A stretch of DNA of 64,000 nucleotides from the NCBI RefSeq assembly GCF_016432865.1, contig NC_067401.1, positions 52,266,001 through 52,330,000 on the forward strand. The letters are read 5' to 3'. Each line of letters opens with the position of its first letter. Within the stretch, counting starts at the first letter, position 1. Source of the DNA: Antechinus flavipes. Lineage: Eukaryota. A program made the position numbers and the translations under genes. Positions 12,879 through 25,790 of the stretch are shown here, piece by piece. The notes beneath the pieces are model-generated. The model searched no databases. It saw only the letters and a list, made by a program, of their open reading frames with translations, and was not told where the DNA came from.

Positions 12879-15800
12879 GGCTCAAGGTATGACATCCATG
12901 AATTTATGAGAATATTAAAATTTGCTAAACCAGAAAAAACCACAGATTGCAATTCAAGAGAAAATAATAATAAGTCCTATCACTTATTTTTAAAAAGTAG
13001 TAAAAAGTTTTACTATTGTAGATGGAACTTAGGGCTCTTATTTAAGACTCAAAGCAGAAGAGTAACATTTCTAATTGACCTTTTTTTCTTTGTGAATGTT
13101 TACATAGAGTGTACAGCTCACTTTAGTTTATGAGAATAAGTAAAGGGGTGGGCTAAGAAGTTTTTTTAACTTCAATGAGTTTAGAAGACTCTTCTTAAAT
13201 ATTATGGATAAATTCCATTGTTTTTCATACTAAAATATCCAAATGTCATGATCTAAAAGTTTCCCTTTAATAGATCAAACTCCAAAAGATTTTGCAAACA
13301 TGATTCTGGAAGCAGTCTAGTTTTAAAAGGACAAAACTGTGACAAATCTAATATACAATGAGTCTAGGAGCAAGTACTTGACTCTAAGCAGAGATAGCTG
13401 AGAACATTACAAACTGATGCTTCTCCATACCCAATATCAAGAGATTATTGTTGCTAATACATTCAATCAACTGGTACAGAATGGTAATACAGTCTTAAGC
13501 TTGTTCTATTGAAGGCAACAGTCCACAGATAAAAGGACAAGGAAAATAACAGGAAGGAGTGATGATCATATTATTTACCTAAACTCCTCCTTCCCATAAT
13601 TTCTATTTTAACTTTAATATAAGTTAAAGTTATATTAAAACCGAGAATAAAGAAAACTACAAAATAGAGAAATTATTATGTATGCAAATTTGTTTTATAA
13701 CCACAGTTCATTCACAACTGTCAACCCAATAGCTCCAGGATTCAGAAAGCACATTTAAAGGCTAGAATTTAAAGGCATAGCCATAGGGGTGGGAGGAGTA
13801 GAATAGGAAGTGGCAATTATAAGACTAACATATCTAGCAAAAGTTGCACAAACCACAAATGGCTAAAAATTCATCAACTAATTAGGGACTGATTATCTAC
13901 ATCAGGAAAAAAATTCTCTGAAGGATCAGCTCTCCCAAAAGATTTAGATGATTCAATTTACAAAATTTCTCATCTATTTGGTACCATCTATTGGGTAAAA
14001 TGACACCTGCACATGAGTCTTGAAGCATAACAGCTTCACAGTCAGTCACACAGGTAGTTATTCAATTGATGGAGAACTCAGAATGGAAGGTACCAGGATG
14101 TAATAGTGGTAGAGCATTCAGAAAGTAGTTTCAAATGTAAACCTGGTAGAAGAGACATTTGAAGATTACACAAAGTCAAAATATCCAAAACAAAACCTAA
14201 TCTACAACTGTGCTTTTACACAACTATTGTATATTTGACAAGTATCACAAAAAGAACATATTTGAAAATGTGCTCAACTTTAAAACTTGCCTCCCTGAAT
14301 TGAAATGAAGCTTCAGATATTTACTAGTTGCGTGACTAGCTTTGACTAAGTCATTTAACTTCTCTTTACTTCAATTTCTTCTGTAAAATGTGGATAATAA
14401 CAGCAATTACCTTACAGGGCTATTGTCAGAATGATATGAGTTCAAATCCTGTCTCAGATATATACTAGGTAGGTGACCTGGACAAGTCATTTAACCTCGG
14501 TCTGCTTGTTTTTTCATCTGTAAAATGGAGATAATAATAGTACCCACCTTCCGTGGTTTTTGTGAGGATTTAATGAAATAATATTTATAAAGTGCTTTGC
14601 ATTAAGTGCTACATAATAACATCAATAATAATAATGAATTCTGGATATCTTATTTTGAAAGGCTACTGACAGGCAGGCACAGAGAAAGGCATCAGAATAG
14701 TCAGGGTACTCTGTATTGTACCATAAAAATATCAAAGGAAAAATGATCAGATTAACAGTAGTCAAGTATTTGAAATATAACATGGAAAAGGGATTAAATT
14801 TGTTTTACTTGACCCTAGTGGGCAAAACCGAGAGCAATGGGTAGAGCTTAAAGGGGCAGATATTGACTGAATAAAGAAAAATTCCTAATATGATTGTTAG
14901 CAAGGCTTATCCAAAAGTGCTAACATGCTTCCCTGAACTGGTTATCACTCAAAATCTTCAGAGACTGGATGCCTGACAGGATATGCCTCCTAACTCTGGG
15001 AATTTCCCAAGGCTCTGTCTTGGGACTTATTTTCTCTATATAATTTCTCTTTGGGTCTCATGGGTTCAATTATTTCTATGCAGATGACAAGCAAATCTAT
15101 ACTAAATATTAACACTATCTTATTTTAATAGTGCCAACAAATGGGATATGAAAAGACATAGGCAGTAATTACATTTAATTCTACACAGTTTAGTCAATCG
15201 ATGCCATAAGACAAAAGAACATCTTAAAACATCCTTGACCTACTTGTCAAACAGACAAATGACAAGGCAATTCCATTTTAGGATAAAAAATAATTTAAAA
15301 ATCTTAAAAAACAAACAGATGATAGAATATTATAAGAACATACAACTAAGACAATCAGTAGAGGCTAAAATAAGTGTCTAGAAACCTTAATGAGAGACCC
15401 AACTAAGCAAAGTCATCCCAAGAGCATTAAGTACAATAATAGCTAACATTTATATAGCACTTTAAGATTTGTAAAGTGATTTACAGATTTTATCTCATTT
15501 GAAACTGGAAAAGACTGAAAAGATAAGCAAAATACAAAGACAATGGAGCCACCACACTGGATTCAACATTACAAACTTTATAAAGAAGGTAAGTTACAAT
15601 AGTAAGGGCACTAAGAGTTTAGTTCTCAAAATATCTGAAGGAAGGGAAAGGGATAACAAATATCAACTTAATTTCACATCTATACAAAAATTTACATATA
15701 TCAAGGTCATCTTTCAAGAAAATATTAGCAGAGAAGAAGGCTGTTACAAACAATAGTTCACACCTTTACTGTAACATAATTGTAAGGGCATTAAAGAATA

Positions 15801-16978
15801 CTTCAAATACTGCTAGACACTGTTAATGTTTTGCAATAGTTTTACTGAACTGTTTTTTCTTCAGCTTCTTTAACCTTTGTTACAAGGGATGGATGACTCA
15901 TTGGTAGGAGAGAGGAAAAGAATATATTTATAAATGAATATGATATAAATTCAAAAGACAAAGTACCAAAAATTCAGAGAACTACATAAAAACTGCTAAT
16001 GAATTGATGCAGAATAAAGAAAGCAGAACCCAAATAATTTATACATATGACTACAATAATATAAATAAAAATAACATGAAAAGAATCTTAGAAGTCATAT
16101 TAAAATGTGATAACCTTCTTGGTTTAGAGGACCACTGATGAAAACATTTTCCTCTTCTAGGTAAAGATAGAATGATAGTATGGGAATGCTATAATGAATT
16201 TTTTTTTAACTTGTTGCTTTTGTTATAAGAAAAGATGGGGAAAAGGGAAGAGCAGCTATTTAAAAATGGAACAGTAGTTTAAAAAGTATAAAGGTGGAAT
16301 CCATGACTTAAACCAGTATAGAATTTTCATCGGGGAAATCTCTGATCAATGCATCCATTATATATTCACCATGTCAGAGACTTGACTACAGCACTAAATG
16401 GTAAAGTGATTTGCCCAGTCACACAACCATTAGCTAGTATGGTTAGAGATAGGATTTTCAAGTGACATATTTTCCACACATCAGGGCATGCTCTTTAGTT
16501 ACTATGTCATGCTGGTGGAGGAGTAGAAGAATCAAAAAGAAAATAAACCTGAGTTGGAGAAAAGGGAGGAATGAGAGAAAGGAATTTAAATTAATAGCAT
16601 AAAATGCTTTAAAAGTTTTCCTCCACAGATATCTCCTGTGTGTACATCAAAGCTTTTTACATAAGTTCCCTTGAAATATATCAAAGAAATAGCCTTATCT
16701 TTTATCATTGATATTAGAAGCATAAAACAGGGAAATAGTTCCCCATTATGTTCACTAAGTTCTTTGCCACTGTCAGGAAGGAGCTCTACTTCAAGGTCTA
16801 AGTTGAAGAGGGATTCCTTAGAGTTAATACAGTCCACTAGATGCTTCTGTTGGTAGATGACATTGTGCTATTTGCATCAATTCCTACAATCCTGCAGAGC
16901 CATCATGAGGAAAGGTTTCACCACTCAAAGATCTGTTCTGACCATCCACACAGGAAAAATCAAAGGGATGAAGAACAT
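10527..16978 (+). repeat. 6.45-kb tandem duplication, copy 2
   Basis: Head-to-tail with copy 1 and no gap at the junction; differs by a few substitutions, repeat-length changes and a net 13-bp deletion. Confidence 0.98.
10980..11110 (+). mobile_element. WSINE1 (duplicate copy)
   Basis: Same sequence as 4529-4659, inside duplication copy 2. Confidence 0.88.
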
Positions 16979-18156
16979 ATTTTCCAAATTGCAATAAACA
17001 GCTAGATAGTTATACAATCTATAGAACTTATCTACTCATACAAGTATGTCTAGGTCAAGTACTGCAAATGGAATCAAAAAGCATTTCTTAAGAGTTATTA
17101 TAAACTAATTACTGAGAATATCATAAACAAACAAAAAACAGTCCCAGCCCACAAAGAACCCATATTCCAATGGAGGAAAAGGAAAAATAATACAATTGGA
17201 ATGGTTTATAGAAAGGCCTGGGATTCTTAGGAAGCAGCATAAACAAGGTAGATAATGTTAGGAGTCCTGAAGCTCAGTAGCAAGGCAGACTATTTTCCCA
17301 TATTACCAGAAGAATTACAGTAGGTGGCTCCCTGGTCAAAGGAATGTAAGTGGCCAGATGTGTTCCACAGACAGGATCTCAAGGGAAGATTTTGGTGGGA
17401 TCTAGCAAAGTAAGTAAGGATAAGGCTTGGACCCTAGCAGGAAGTATTCCAAGCCATTCTAGTCCTCTCTGCTTCAGCCAGATGATGGACAATAAACTGA
17501 GTCCAGAACTAAACAGGAGGGAAAAAGTGAACCAGACTGTCTTTGTTTTTTTTTTAATGACCTGAAGTTTTGTCCTCAAGTAAAGGCTTATTTTTAAAAG
17601 ACCAGTATTCTATTGGCAGAGAAGCAGTCTGAATCTTGGAATCAAGTCCTGCTTCTGACAAACACTGAGAAGAATATGGTGAATGCCAGTAGAACACAAT
17701 ACATTTCAAACAAGGAATTATGAAAGCAAAAAAGTGTAAAAGATGTCAAAATAATTTACGATTGAAAAAGAAACTGAGTTGGTCAGTTGGTGAGCAAAAG
17801 AAAACATTATATGATTCCACTGGCATCTTCAAAATTACAAGAAAAGGAAAATACCCTAAAGAATCTCCAAAAGAACACTGTACATAGTATCATAGCAATA
17901 TTGTAATAATGATCAACTGTAAAAGACATAAGATACTTTGATCAGGACAATTATCCAAGACAATTCCAAAGAACCCATAAAAACATGTTTCCAAAGAATG
18001 AACAAACTCTGAGTACATATTGAAGCATATATTTATTACTTTATTTTTTCTTTAGTGTTTCCTTTTGAAACTTAGCTAATATGGAAATATGAGAAGGATA
18101 GGAAACAGAGAATTTAGAACTCAAAATTTAAAAAATGAATATAAAAAATAATGCAT

Positions 18157-18288
18157 NNNNNNNNNNNNNNNNNNNNNNNNNNNNNNNNNNNNNNNNNNNN
18201 NNNNNNNNNNNNNNNNNNNNNNNNNNNNNNNNNNNNNNNNNNNNNNNNNNNNNNNNNNNNNNNNNNNNNNNNNNNNNNNNNNNNNNNN
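18157..18288. other. Assembly gap (132 N)
   Basis: Run of n characters. Confidence 1.
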
Positions 18289-18388
18289 TCACCTCACTCT
18301 CCTTACAGGCAAACTTAAAACACAAGGTAGACAAACATTTGCGTATACTTACCTATAAACATATTTCAGTTCAAAATAGTTTGGCCTA

Positions 18389-18872
18389 GAGACTTACATG
18401 AACTGACGCTAAGTGAAATGAGCAGAACCAGGAGATCATTATACATTTCGACAACGATATTATATGAGGATGTATTCTGATGGAAGTAGACTTCTTTGAC
18501 AAAGAGACCTAACTGAGTTTCAATTGATAAATGATGGACAGAAGCAGCTACACCCAAAGAAAGAACACTGGGCAACGAATGTGAACTATCTGCACCTTTG
18601 TTTTTCTTCCCGGGTTATTTTTACCTTCTGAATCCAATTCTCCCTGTGCAACAAGAGAACTGTTCAGTTCTGCAAACATATATTGTATCTAGGATATACT
18701 GCAACATATCCAACATATATAGGACTGCTTGCCATCTAGGGGAGGGGGTGGAGGGAGGGAGGGGAAAAATCGGAACAGAAACGAGTGCAAGGGATAATGT
18801 TGTAAAAAAAATTACCCTGGCATGGATTCTGTCAATATAAAGTTATTATTAAATAAAATAAAATATTAAAAA
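18389..18872 (+). mobile_element. Young 5'-truncated L1 with 16-bp TSD
   Basis: TSD AAAATAGTTTGGCCTA at 18373-18388 and 18873-18888; L1 3' UTR with retained CpGs and A-rich tail. Confidence 0.93.
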
Positions 18873-20959
18873 AAAATAGTTTGGCCTAACTATCCATTTG
18901 GGGAAAAGTAAACAAAGAATCTCTATTTTTCAGGACACAGTAGAGAATTGGATAAACTTCCCAAAGAACTGGGCAGGCACTTCCATTTCAAAATGAAGCA
19001 GGTTCAAAAATGAAAAGAAAGATGAACAGGGATTGTAATTACTCAGCGCTTTTAATAACCCTTAAGACCCTCCTTAAAATAGTCCCATTAAAAAAAAAAA
19101 TTAATGTTCTTCTACTAATGCCTTATGTACAAGGCATAGAACTCTACTATCTCCAAATTAATGTGCTAATCCCTAGGTTGATTGAGAAATATAGTATAGG
19201 CAGGAATAAGCTGCAATATATTGTCAATGAAGAAGTACAAAAGAGAAGTCTCATAAAGAATACTATTAGAAAATACCACAGGAAAAAAAGATGGCCTGGT
19301 CTCGTAAGAGCACATGGAAGCAATACCAAGGGACCTAGAAGGTCAAGAATGCTGAATGGATTTCTTGTGGAGGATTTAAGACAGACAAAAATCACATAGA
19401 ATAAAAACACATAAAGGAGAGGGATTGTGATCTACATGATTTATAGAAGTACTGGCCATGCTGAGATAACCTATCTATTGAAGTAAGCAGTTCTGCTTAA
19501 CAGAAATTCACTTAATAGAATCCCAAACTTAAGAATTTAAACACATTACTTAAGAAATAACAATCCACTGAGAATGTACCCATACCAGGATCTTATAACT
19601 GTCTCTCTGTTCCTATGTTTGATATTAGCTGAACTAGTCAGATTCTCCTACCACACATGTTAAATTAAATGCTACACAACAATCAGCTCTTGATCAATCT
19701 CATTTATCACTAATCAAATTCAAATCATTAATAACTAATGACACAACAATCCACCATCGGTCTTAGGCCATCTTTGCCATATCAACTTTTCAAGTTCTAC
19801 AACTAGATATGCCTCGTGGGATAGTGGCACAAACCAAACTTAAATTTTTATCACAACTTAAACAAACTGTTTATTATCCAATTGTTTTTTCAGCTAGCTT
19901 TAAAAACAAGGGGAATAATAACACTAGCAACATAAACTTCAAAAACAGAGGGCATATACTGAATTACAAAGACATACAGAAACATTCAGAAAGAATGTGG
20001 GACATGGTGGAAAAAGCAGATAACAAAGAATACAAAAGAACAGCACTCCTATAAGAATGTCTCAAGTGTTCCAACCTCAAATAAACCAAGACAGCAATTC
20101 TCAAAATTTGGGGTCTCAGAATCTCTTAGCTCTTTTGTTTATATGGGTTAAATCTATTTATAGTTACCATTTTAGGAATTTAAATATATTAATATTATGA
20201 TCATCTTTTTTTTTTTTTAATGTAGAGGACCCCTTGAAAGACTCTAGACACAACATCTACCTAGACCCACCAAATTAAAACTGGAAATGAATATCAAAAA
20301 CCACTTTTTAAAAAAGAGCTTTAAAAAAAAATTGGTAAGGAGATAAAGGTCAAAGGAGAAATAGGATCACTGCTTGGGGTGAACTGGTAATTAAAAACTA
20401 ATGTTGTTAAAAGAATCTCAAATTTTCAGCAAGCATATGAAAAATAATGCACTAAATAATGCTAAGGCTTTACCTGACATTCAAAGAAGCAAAGAATAAC
20501 ATGACAAATATGGAAATATGTTTAAAAGAATTGGACATATTTAACCTATATTAGATTGCTTGCTGTCTTAGGGAGAAGGGAGGGAAGGAGAAAAATTTGG
20601 ATCACAGTCTTAGAAAAACAAATATTGAAAACTATCTTTTCATGTATTTGAAAAATAAAATACTGTTGAACAGCTTTGGTTTTTTTTTTTTTTTAAGTAG
20701 CAAAAAAAAAAGAAATAGCTGGTATTAGAGGAATTGTAGGAACATTCTCCAACATTAAATGCACCCTGTTGGTAGGCTTAAGCATACATAACATTTAAAG
20801 GCAATGCCTTTGAAGGCAAAGATAGAAAGACTTCAAAATATTAATTGCACCACTTTTTTGATAGCAAAAACATGGGGAAAAAGTGGGTGTCTATCAATTG
20901 AAACATGGCTAAACAAACTTTAGCATAGGTATGTAATGGAATCATATTTCTTACAAAGT

Positions 20960-21840
20960 AAGGAAAAGGAATTGAGAAATGGTCAAAGATTTAAAAAGAC
21001 AATTTTCAAATGAAGAAATTAAAGCTAACTAAAGTCATGAAAAAATGCTCTACATTACTAATGATTAGAGAAATGCAATTTAAAAGAATTCTGAGGTACC
21101 ACCTCAGATCTCACAGATTGGCTAAGATGGAAGGAAAAAATAATGATAAAAGCTGGAGAGGATGTGGGAAAACCGAGACACTAATGCATTATTGGTGGAG
21201 TTATGAAATGACCCGATCATTCTGGAGAGCTATTTGGAACTATACCCAAAGGGCTATAAAACTGTGCATATGCTTTGATCCAGCAGTACTATTACTAAGT
21301 CTGGATCCCAAGGAAATCAATCATAAAAGAGAGAAAAGGATCCACATGTCTAAAAATGTTTGTAACAACTCTTTTTGTGGTGGCAAAGAATGGAAAATGA
21401 GTAGATGCTCATGAGTTGGGGATGGTTAAATATGTTATGGTATATGAAAGTAATGGAACATTATTGTTCTATAAAAAATGATGAACAAGCTGATTTTAGA
21501 GAGGTTTGGAAAGATTTACATGAACTGATGCTGAGTAAAACAAGTACAACTAGTAATACATGGTACACGGTGACAGCATCACTGTACATTGATCAACTAC
21601 GAAAGACTTGGTTCTTTGCTATGGTTCAGTAATCCAAGGCAATCCCAATAAACTTTGGTTGGAAAATGCCATCTGCATCCAAAAAGAGAACTACAGAGAC
21701 TATATATAATCAGCACAAGATATATTCACTTTTTTTTTTCTTCTTGGTTTGTTTTTTTTCTCTCAGGGTTTTCCCATTTTGTTCTGATTTTTCCAAGAAG
21801 AGATGTAAGCAATTTAGTTCTACTGAATCCCTCATGTTTC
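20960..21840 (+). mobile_element. L1 ORF2 C-terminal (Cys-rich) remnant + 3' UTR
   Basis: ORF 21010-21414 KCSTLLMIREMQFKRILRYHL...WRGCGKTETLMHYWW...FDPAV matches the L1 ORF2 end. Confidence 0.92.
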
Positions 21841-21879
21841 CTTTTCCCTTTTTATTTATGCTTCTCTTAGGTCTAGAGA

Positions 21880-23570
21880 TTGGAGATCAAATTTTTGGTT
21901 TAATTCTGATCTTTTTATGATTGTTGAATGATCTTATTTTTCCTTGATGCATTATGCTTAATTTCAGGTAAGCAATTCTTAGTTATAGTCCTGGCTTTTT
22001 TTGCCTTCTGAAATGTTTTGTTCCATGACTTCTGATCTTTTAATGCTACAGTTGCCAAGTCCTGTGAAATCCTGATTGTGGCTACCCGATATTTGAATTG
22101 TGTGTGACTAAGTAATTTTCTCTGACCTGACAATTCTGAAATTTAGCTATAAATGTTCTTCAGTGTTTTTATTTTGGCAGCTCTTTGGCATGATTGGCAG
22201 GTTCTTTTGATGTCTATTTTGCCCTCTTGGTTCCAGGATAGTTTTTCTTGAAAATTTCCTGAAAGATGCCGTCCAAATCCCCATTGTGATTATGGCTTTC
22301 AAGTAGATTCTGATATGTTTTCTCCTGGATCTATTTCCCAAGTCATTTGTTTTTCCCATAAAGGAAAATTTTACATATTCTTCTACTTTTTCATTCTTTT
22401 GAATTTGTTTGATTAATTTTTGATGTTTCATAGAGTCAATAGTTTTTACTTACCCAATTTTTTAAAGAGTTGTTTTCCTCAATTAGCTTTTGTATTTTCT
22501 TTTCTATTTGATCAACTGTACCTTTTAAGGAGTTGTTTTTTTCAGTGAATTTCTGTTTTCTTTTTCCAAGTGGTTTACTTTTTTTCCCCCTAATTCTCTT
22601 ATATACCTCTCAATTCTTTTTCCAATTTTTCTTCTGCTTCTCTTATGATTTTTAAAATCCTTTTTGAGCACTTCCACAAGTTCTTTCTGGCCTTGAGACA
22701 ACTTCCCCTTTTTCTTTGGGGTTTCGACTATAGGTGTTTTGACACTGTCATCCTCTTCTGAGTTTGTACCTTCATCTTTTCTCTTACCTCAATAACTTTC
22801 TATAGCCAGATTCCTCTTTTATTTATTTATTTTTATGTTCATCTTTTTTGGCCTTTTTCCTTTCTTTAAAATTTGATCTCTGCTCCTGGGGTGGATGGGA
22901 CACTGTCTTAAGCTTTTTGTGCCAAAGGTTGCAGATTCTGGCTGTTCACCTGGTACTGCACTGATGGTGCCCCAAGACCACAGGAGACACCTCATGTCTG
23001 GTATTGTGCTGAGGATTTGAAGTGAGGGATGACTGATTCTGCTAGGGGCCACAGCTGTCTGGCAGTTTACCTAGTGCTGAATTGGGGTCCTGGTGCTGGT
23101 GTCTTGAGTGTGCTGAGGCAAGTGGGATGTTTCTGCATTTCTCCATGATACACTGAAACATGTGAAGGTATGGCTGCTCCTGGCTGCCTATTTGTCAAGG
23201 GCTACACTGAACTCTGGTTCTCAGAACTGGCGTTGGCTGGGTTCCTTAGTTTTGCTGAGACATATGGGGAGGCCCTGGTATTGATTCTTGTCTGCTATAC
23301 TGCAATGGGGTTCAGAATTTACTGCTGGTCTATTAAGATGGGGCTTGCTGATGGCTTGATGGACTGTCCTAGACTGCATTCCTTTTTTACCCGAATGAAA
23401 CAGACCTTTCCTGCCTATCTTTCAAGTATCTTGGACTCAAAAATTGCTTCAATCCATCTTTTTTGCTGCTTCTGCTGTTTCAAGATTTGTTTGGGGGGTG
23501 CTATTTTATGGTTGTTGTGAGGTAAACCTGGGAGAGTTAGAGTGATTTACTGCTTACTTCACTATCTTCA
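21880..23570 (-). mobile_element. L1 5' UTR + ORF1 remnant
   Basis: NDLGNRSRRKHIRI (cf. DLENRSRRDNLRI) and FKYRVATIRISQDLATVALKDQKSWN (ORF1p C-terminal domain). Confidence 0.85.
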
Positions 23571-23789
23571 GATTAATATAATTTTTTCTTTTGCCAGAGT
23601 GATTAAAAAGTGATACAGTAGAAGCCAATTCTATAGGCAGAGAACATGAGTTTAAATTCTGAGTCTATTCCTTTCTACTACCTCTGTATCCTTATCAACC
23701 TCTCTGGGCCTCAATTTCATGAAGGAGGTGGACAAGATGTTCTAAAAGATCCCTTCTGACTCCAAACCTGTAAGCCTATGATTAAAGGA

Positions 23790-24300
23790 AAGCTATCAAA
23801 GTACATTTAAAAGATTTCAGTGAAACCTTTGTCAAAGTCTCATACTGTTTTTGTAGACAAGCTGGAGAGATAATGGCTAGGTTGTAGTACAATTAAAGGG
23901 ATTTGGAACTGGTTGACTGACTGGATGCAAAGAATTGCCATTAACACCTTGATGTCAACATATATGGAAGACTTCAATGGAGTGTCACAGTTATTTTTTC
24001 TTGGCATTGTACTGTTTAACATTCTTATCAATAATATATCTAGATAGATAGATAGATAAAGAAATGGATAACATGCTTATCCTACATATCCTGGCTAAAA
24101 ATAATCAGCTTCCTAAGTACAGAATGGATCAAGAGGATACAAAGATACATAATTTTGCCTGAAAAAAAATCTATGATTTATAGTATGAATCAGAAGTGAG
24201 GTGACAATTTTTAAAAGCTAATGAAATAGGCTGCAATAAGAAAGCTATAATATCAAATTTATAAGAGGTGATAGTCTTATTATATTTTGCCTAACCAGAG
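23790..24300 (+). mobile_element. L3/CR1 RT fragment
   Basis: ctttgtcaaagtctc...tggttgactgactggatgcaaagaattgccattaa...tgtactgtttaacattcttatcaat. Confidence 0.7.
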
Positions 24301-25597
24301 AAGTATTTATGAAATGTGGCAGACACTATGCTAAGGCTCTAAAGATAATAAATTAGAATGCCAGAAGCTTACAATCTATTGAGGGAAACAACACATTCAT
24401 ATATAAATACAAAATACATACATACAAAGTAATTTCCTGGAAAGAAAGGCAATGAGAAATGAAAGACAGAGGGGAAAAAGACTAGAATCTTGAGTAGGAG
24501 GTAGCACTGTGCCAAATTCTGAAGGAAATAGGGATTCTATGAAATGGTGATAAGGAGAAAAGTACATTTCAGACTCAGAGGCAAAGCTATATCAAAAGTT
24601 CTGAGAAAAAAGATGGAATGTCTCACACATAAGGATATAAGAACCATGTCAAACAAGGATAAGATGAAAAGATACAGACATGTTTAGCATGAAGAAACAA
24701 CAATTGAGGGTGCAAGAAGGTGGGCAGCTGACATAGACCAATTAGATAGTGCTTGAGCTCAAGAGAGGGCAATGGAAGAGAAAAATTGTAAGCATCTGTT
24801 ATATTTTGCACTAAGAGTTTTACACATAGTTTCTCATCCTCACCTAAAGGGGGAGGTACTATTATTATTATTCCCACTTTACAACTGAGGTGTATGGAGG
24901 GGAAGAAATTTGTCCAAAGTCACCCAGAGAATGTCTGAGCCTGGATCTGAATTCGAGTCTTCCTGACTTCAGACCTAAACTGTCCTCTGCAACAGCTGGC
25001 TGAAAGGAAAACAAGCAGAAGGTTCAGAAGCAGATTTCAGTTTAATTTGAAGAAAACTACACAATTAGTGGAATGGGCTTGGGCTTGTTTGGAAGGCTGT
25101 GGCAGGAACTCAAGTCCAGAGAGTAATTGGAAAGGTGATTTCTAAGACCCCACTTTCCACTTGTCACTTTATTTAAAAAACTCATAGAGAACATACATTT
25201 ACTCAAAGGAAAAAGGCAGTTTAAAGGAAATGTCTTACATGTAAAACTATGTCCAATCAAAGAGGTTTCAATTTCTTTTTACTTTAGTCTTAAAGGGTAA
25301 AATGGGCTTGAAAGTCTGTTCAGTTTTACATGCTTAATGTAACTACTTATGCAAAATAGGAAGTAGGTTCCTTGAGAACAGGGACTCTTCTTTTGATCTT
25401 CACATCCCCAGAATTTAGTATATTTGCTAAACACCACAAAATGGTTGCTATTTATGCCAATGTTAATAATCCTACTGAATATTTTAAAAAATCCGAACTG
25501 ACTTTTGTTTGGGCCTCTATAGGAAAATAAAAAATATACCAATAAAGAAATGAAAAGAAATATGCTTGAGGCCTCACAATTTCTGACATTAAATCTT

Positions 25598-25790
25598 TTT
25601 TTTTAAGTGTCTATTTTTTTATTTTAATAGCTTTTTATTTAAAAGTTATATGCATGGATAATTTTACAGCATTGACAATTGCCAAACCTTTTGTTCCAAT
25701 TTTTCCCCTTCCCCTGGATGGCAGGATGACAGGATGACCAATACATGTTAAATATATTAGAGTATAAATTAAGTACAAAATAAGTATACA
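25598..25790 (-). mobile_element. Short L1 3' tail with 16-bp TSD
   Basis: TSD TCTGACATTAAATCTT at 25582-25597 and 25791-25806; TCTT/AA endonuclease-type site. Confidence 0.9.

Larger units (their letters stand above)
16586..19480 (+). mobile_element. Fragmented ancient RTE LINE (pieces ~16586-17075, ~17484-17545, ~19190-19480) interrupted by later insertions and the gap
   Basis: RT motif LLLVDDIVL, then atggacaataaactgagtccagaactaaacaggagg, then C-terminal HRKKRWPGLVR (cf. RRWAGHVAR) in ORF 19010-19399. Confidence 0.65.

Noticed and set aside
19010-19399. 129-aa ORF
   Set aside because: C-terminal part is a degenerate RTE LINE end; not a gene
21010-21632. 134-aa and 75-aa ORFs
   Set aside because: Frameshifted L1 ORF2 remnant
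23170-23520. 116-aa hydrophobic ORF
   Set aside because: Antisense reading of an L1 5' UTR region
25435-25516. Candidate minus-strand exon (acceptor CCTATAG at 25517)
   Set aside because: Only a weak donor (GTG|GTGTTT) and no open frame support
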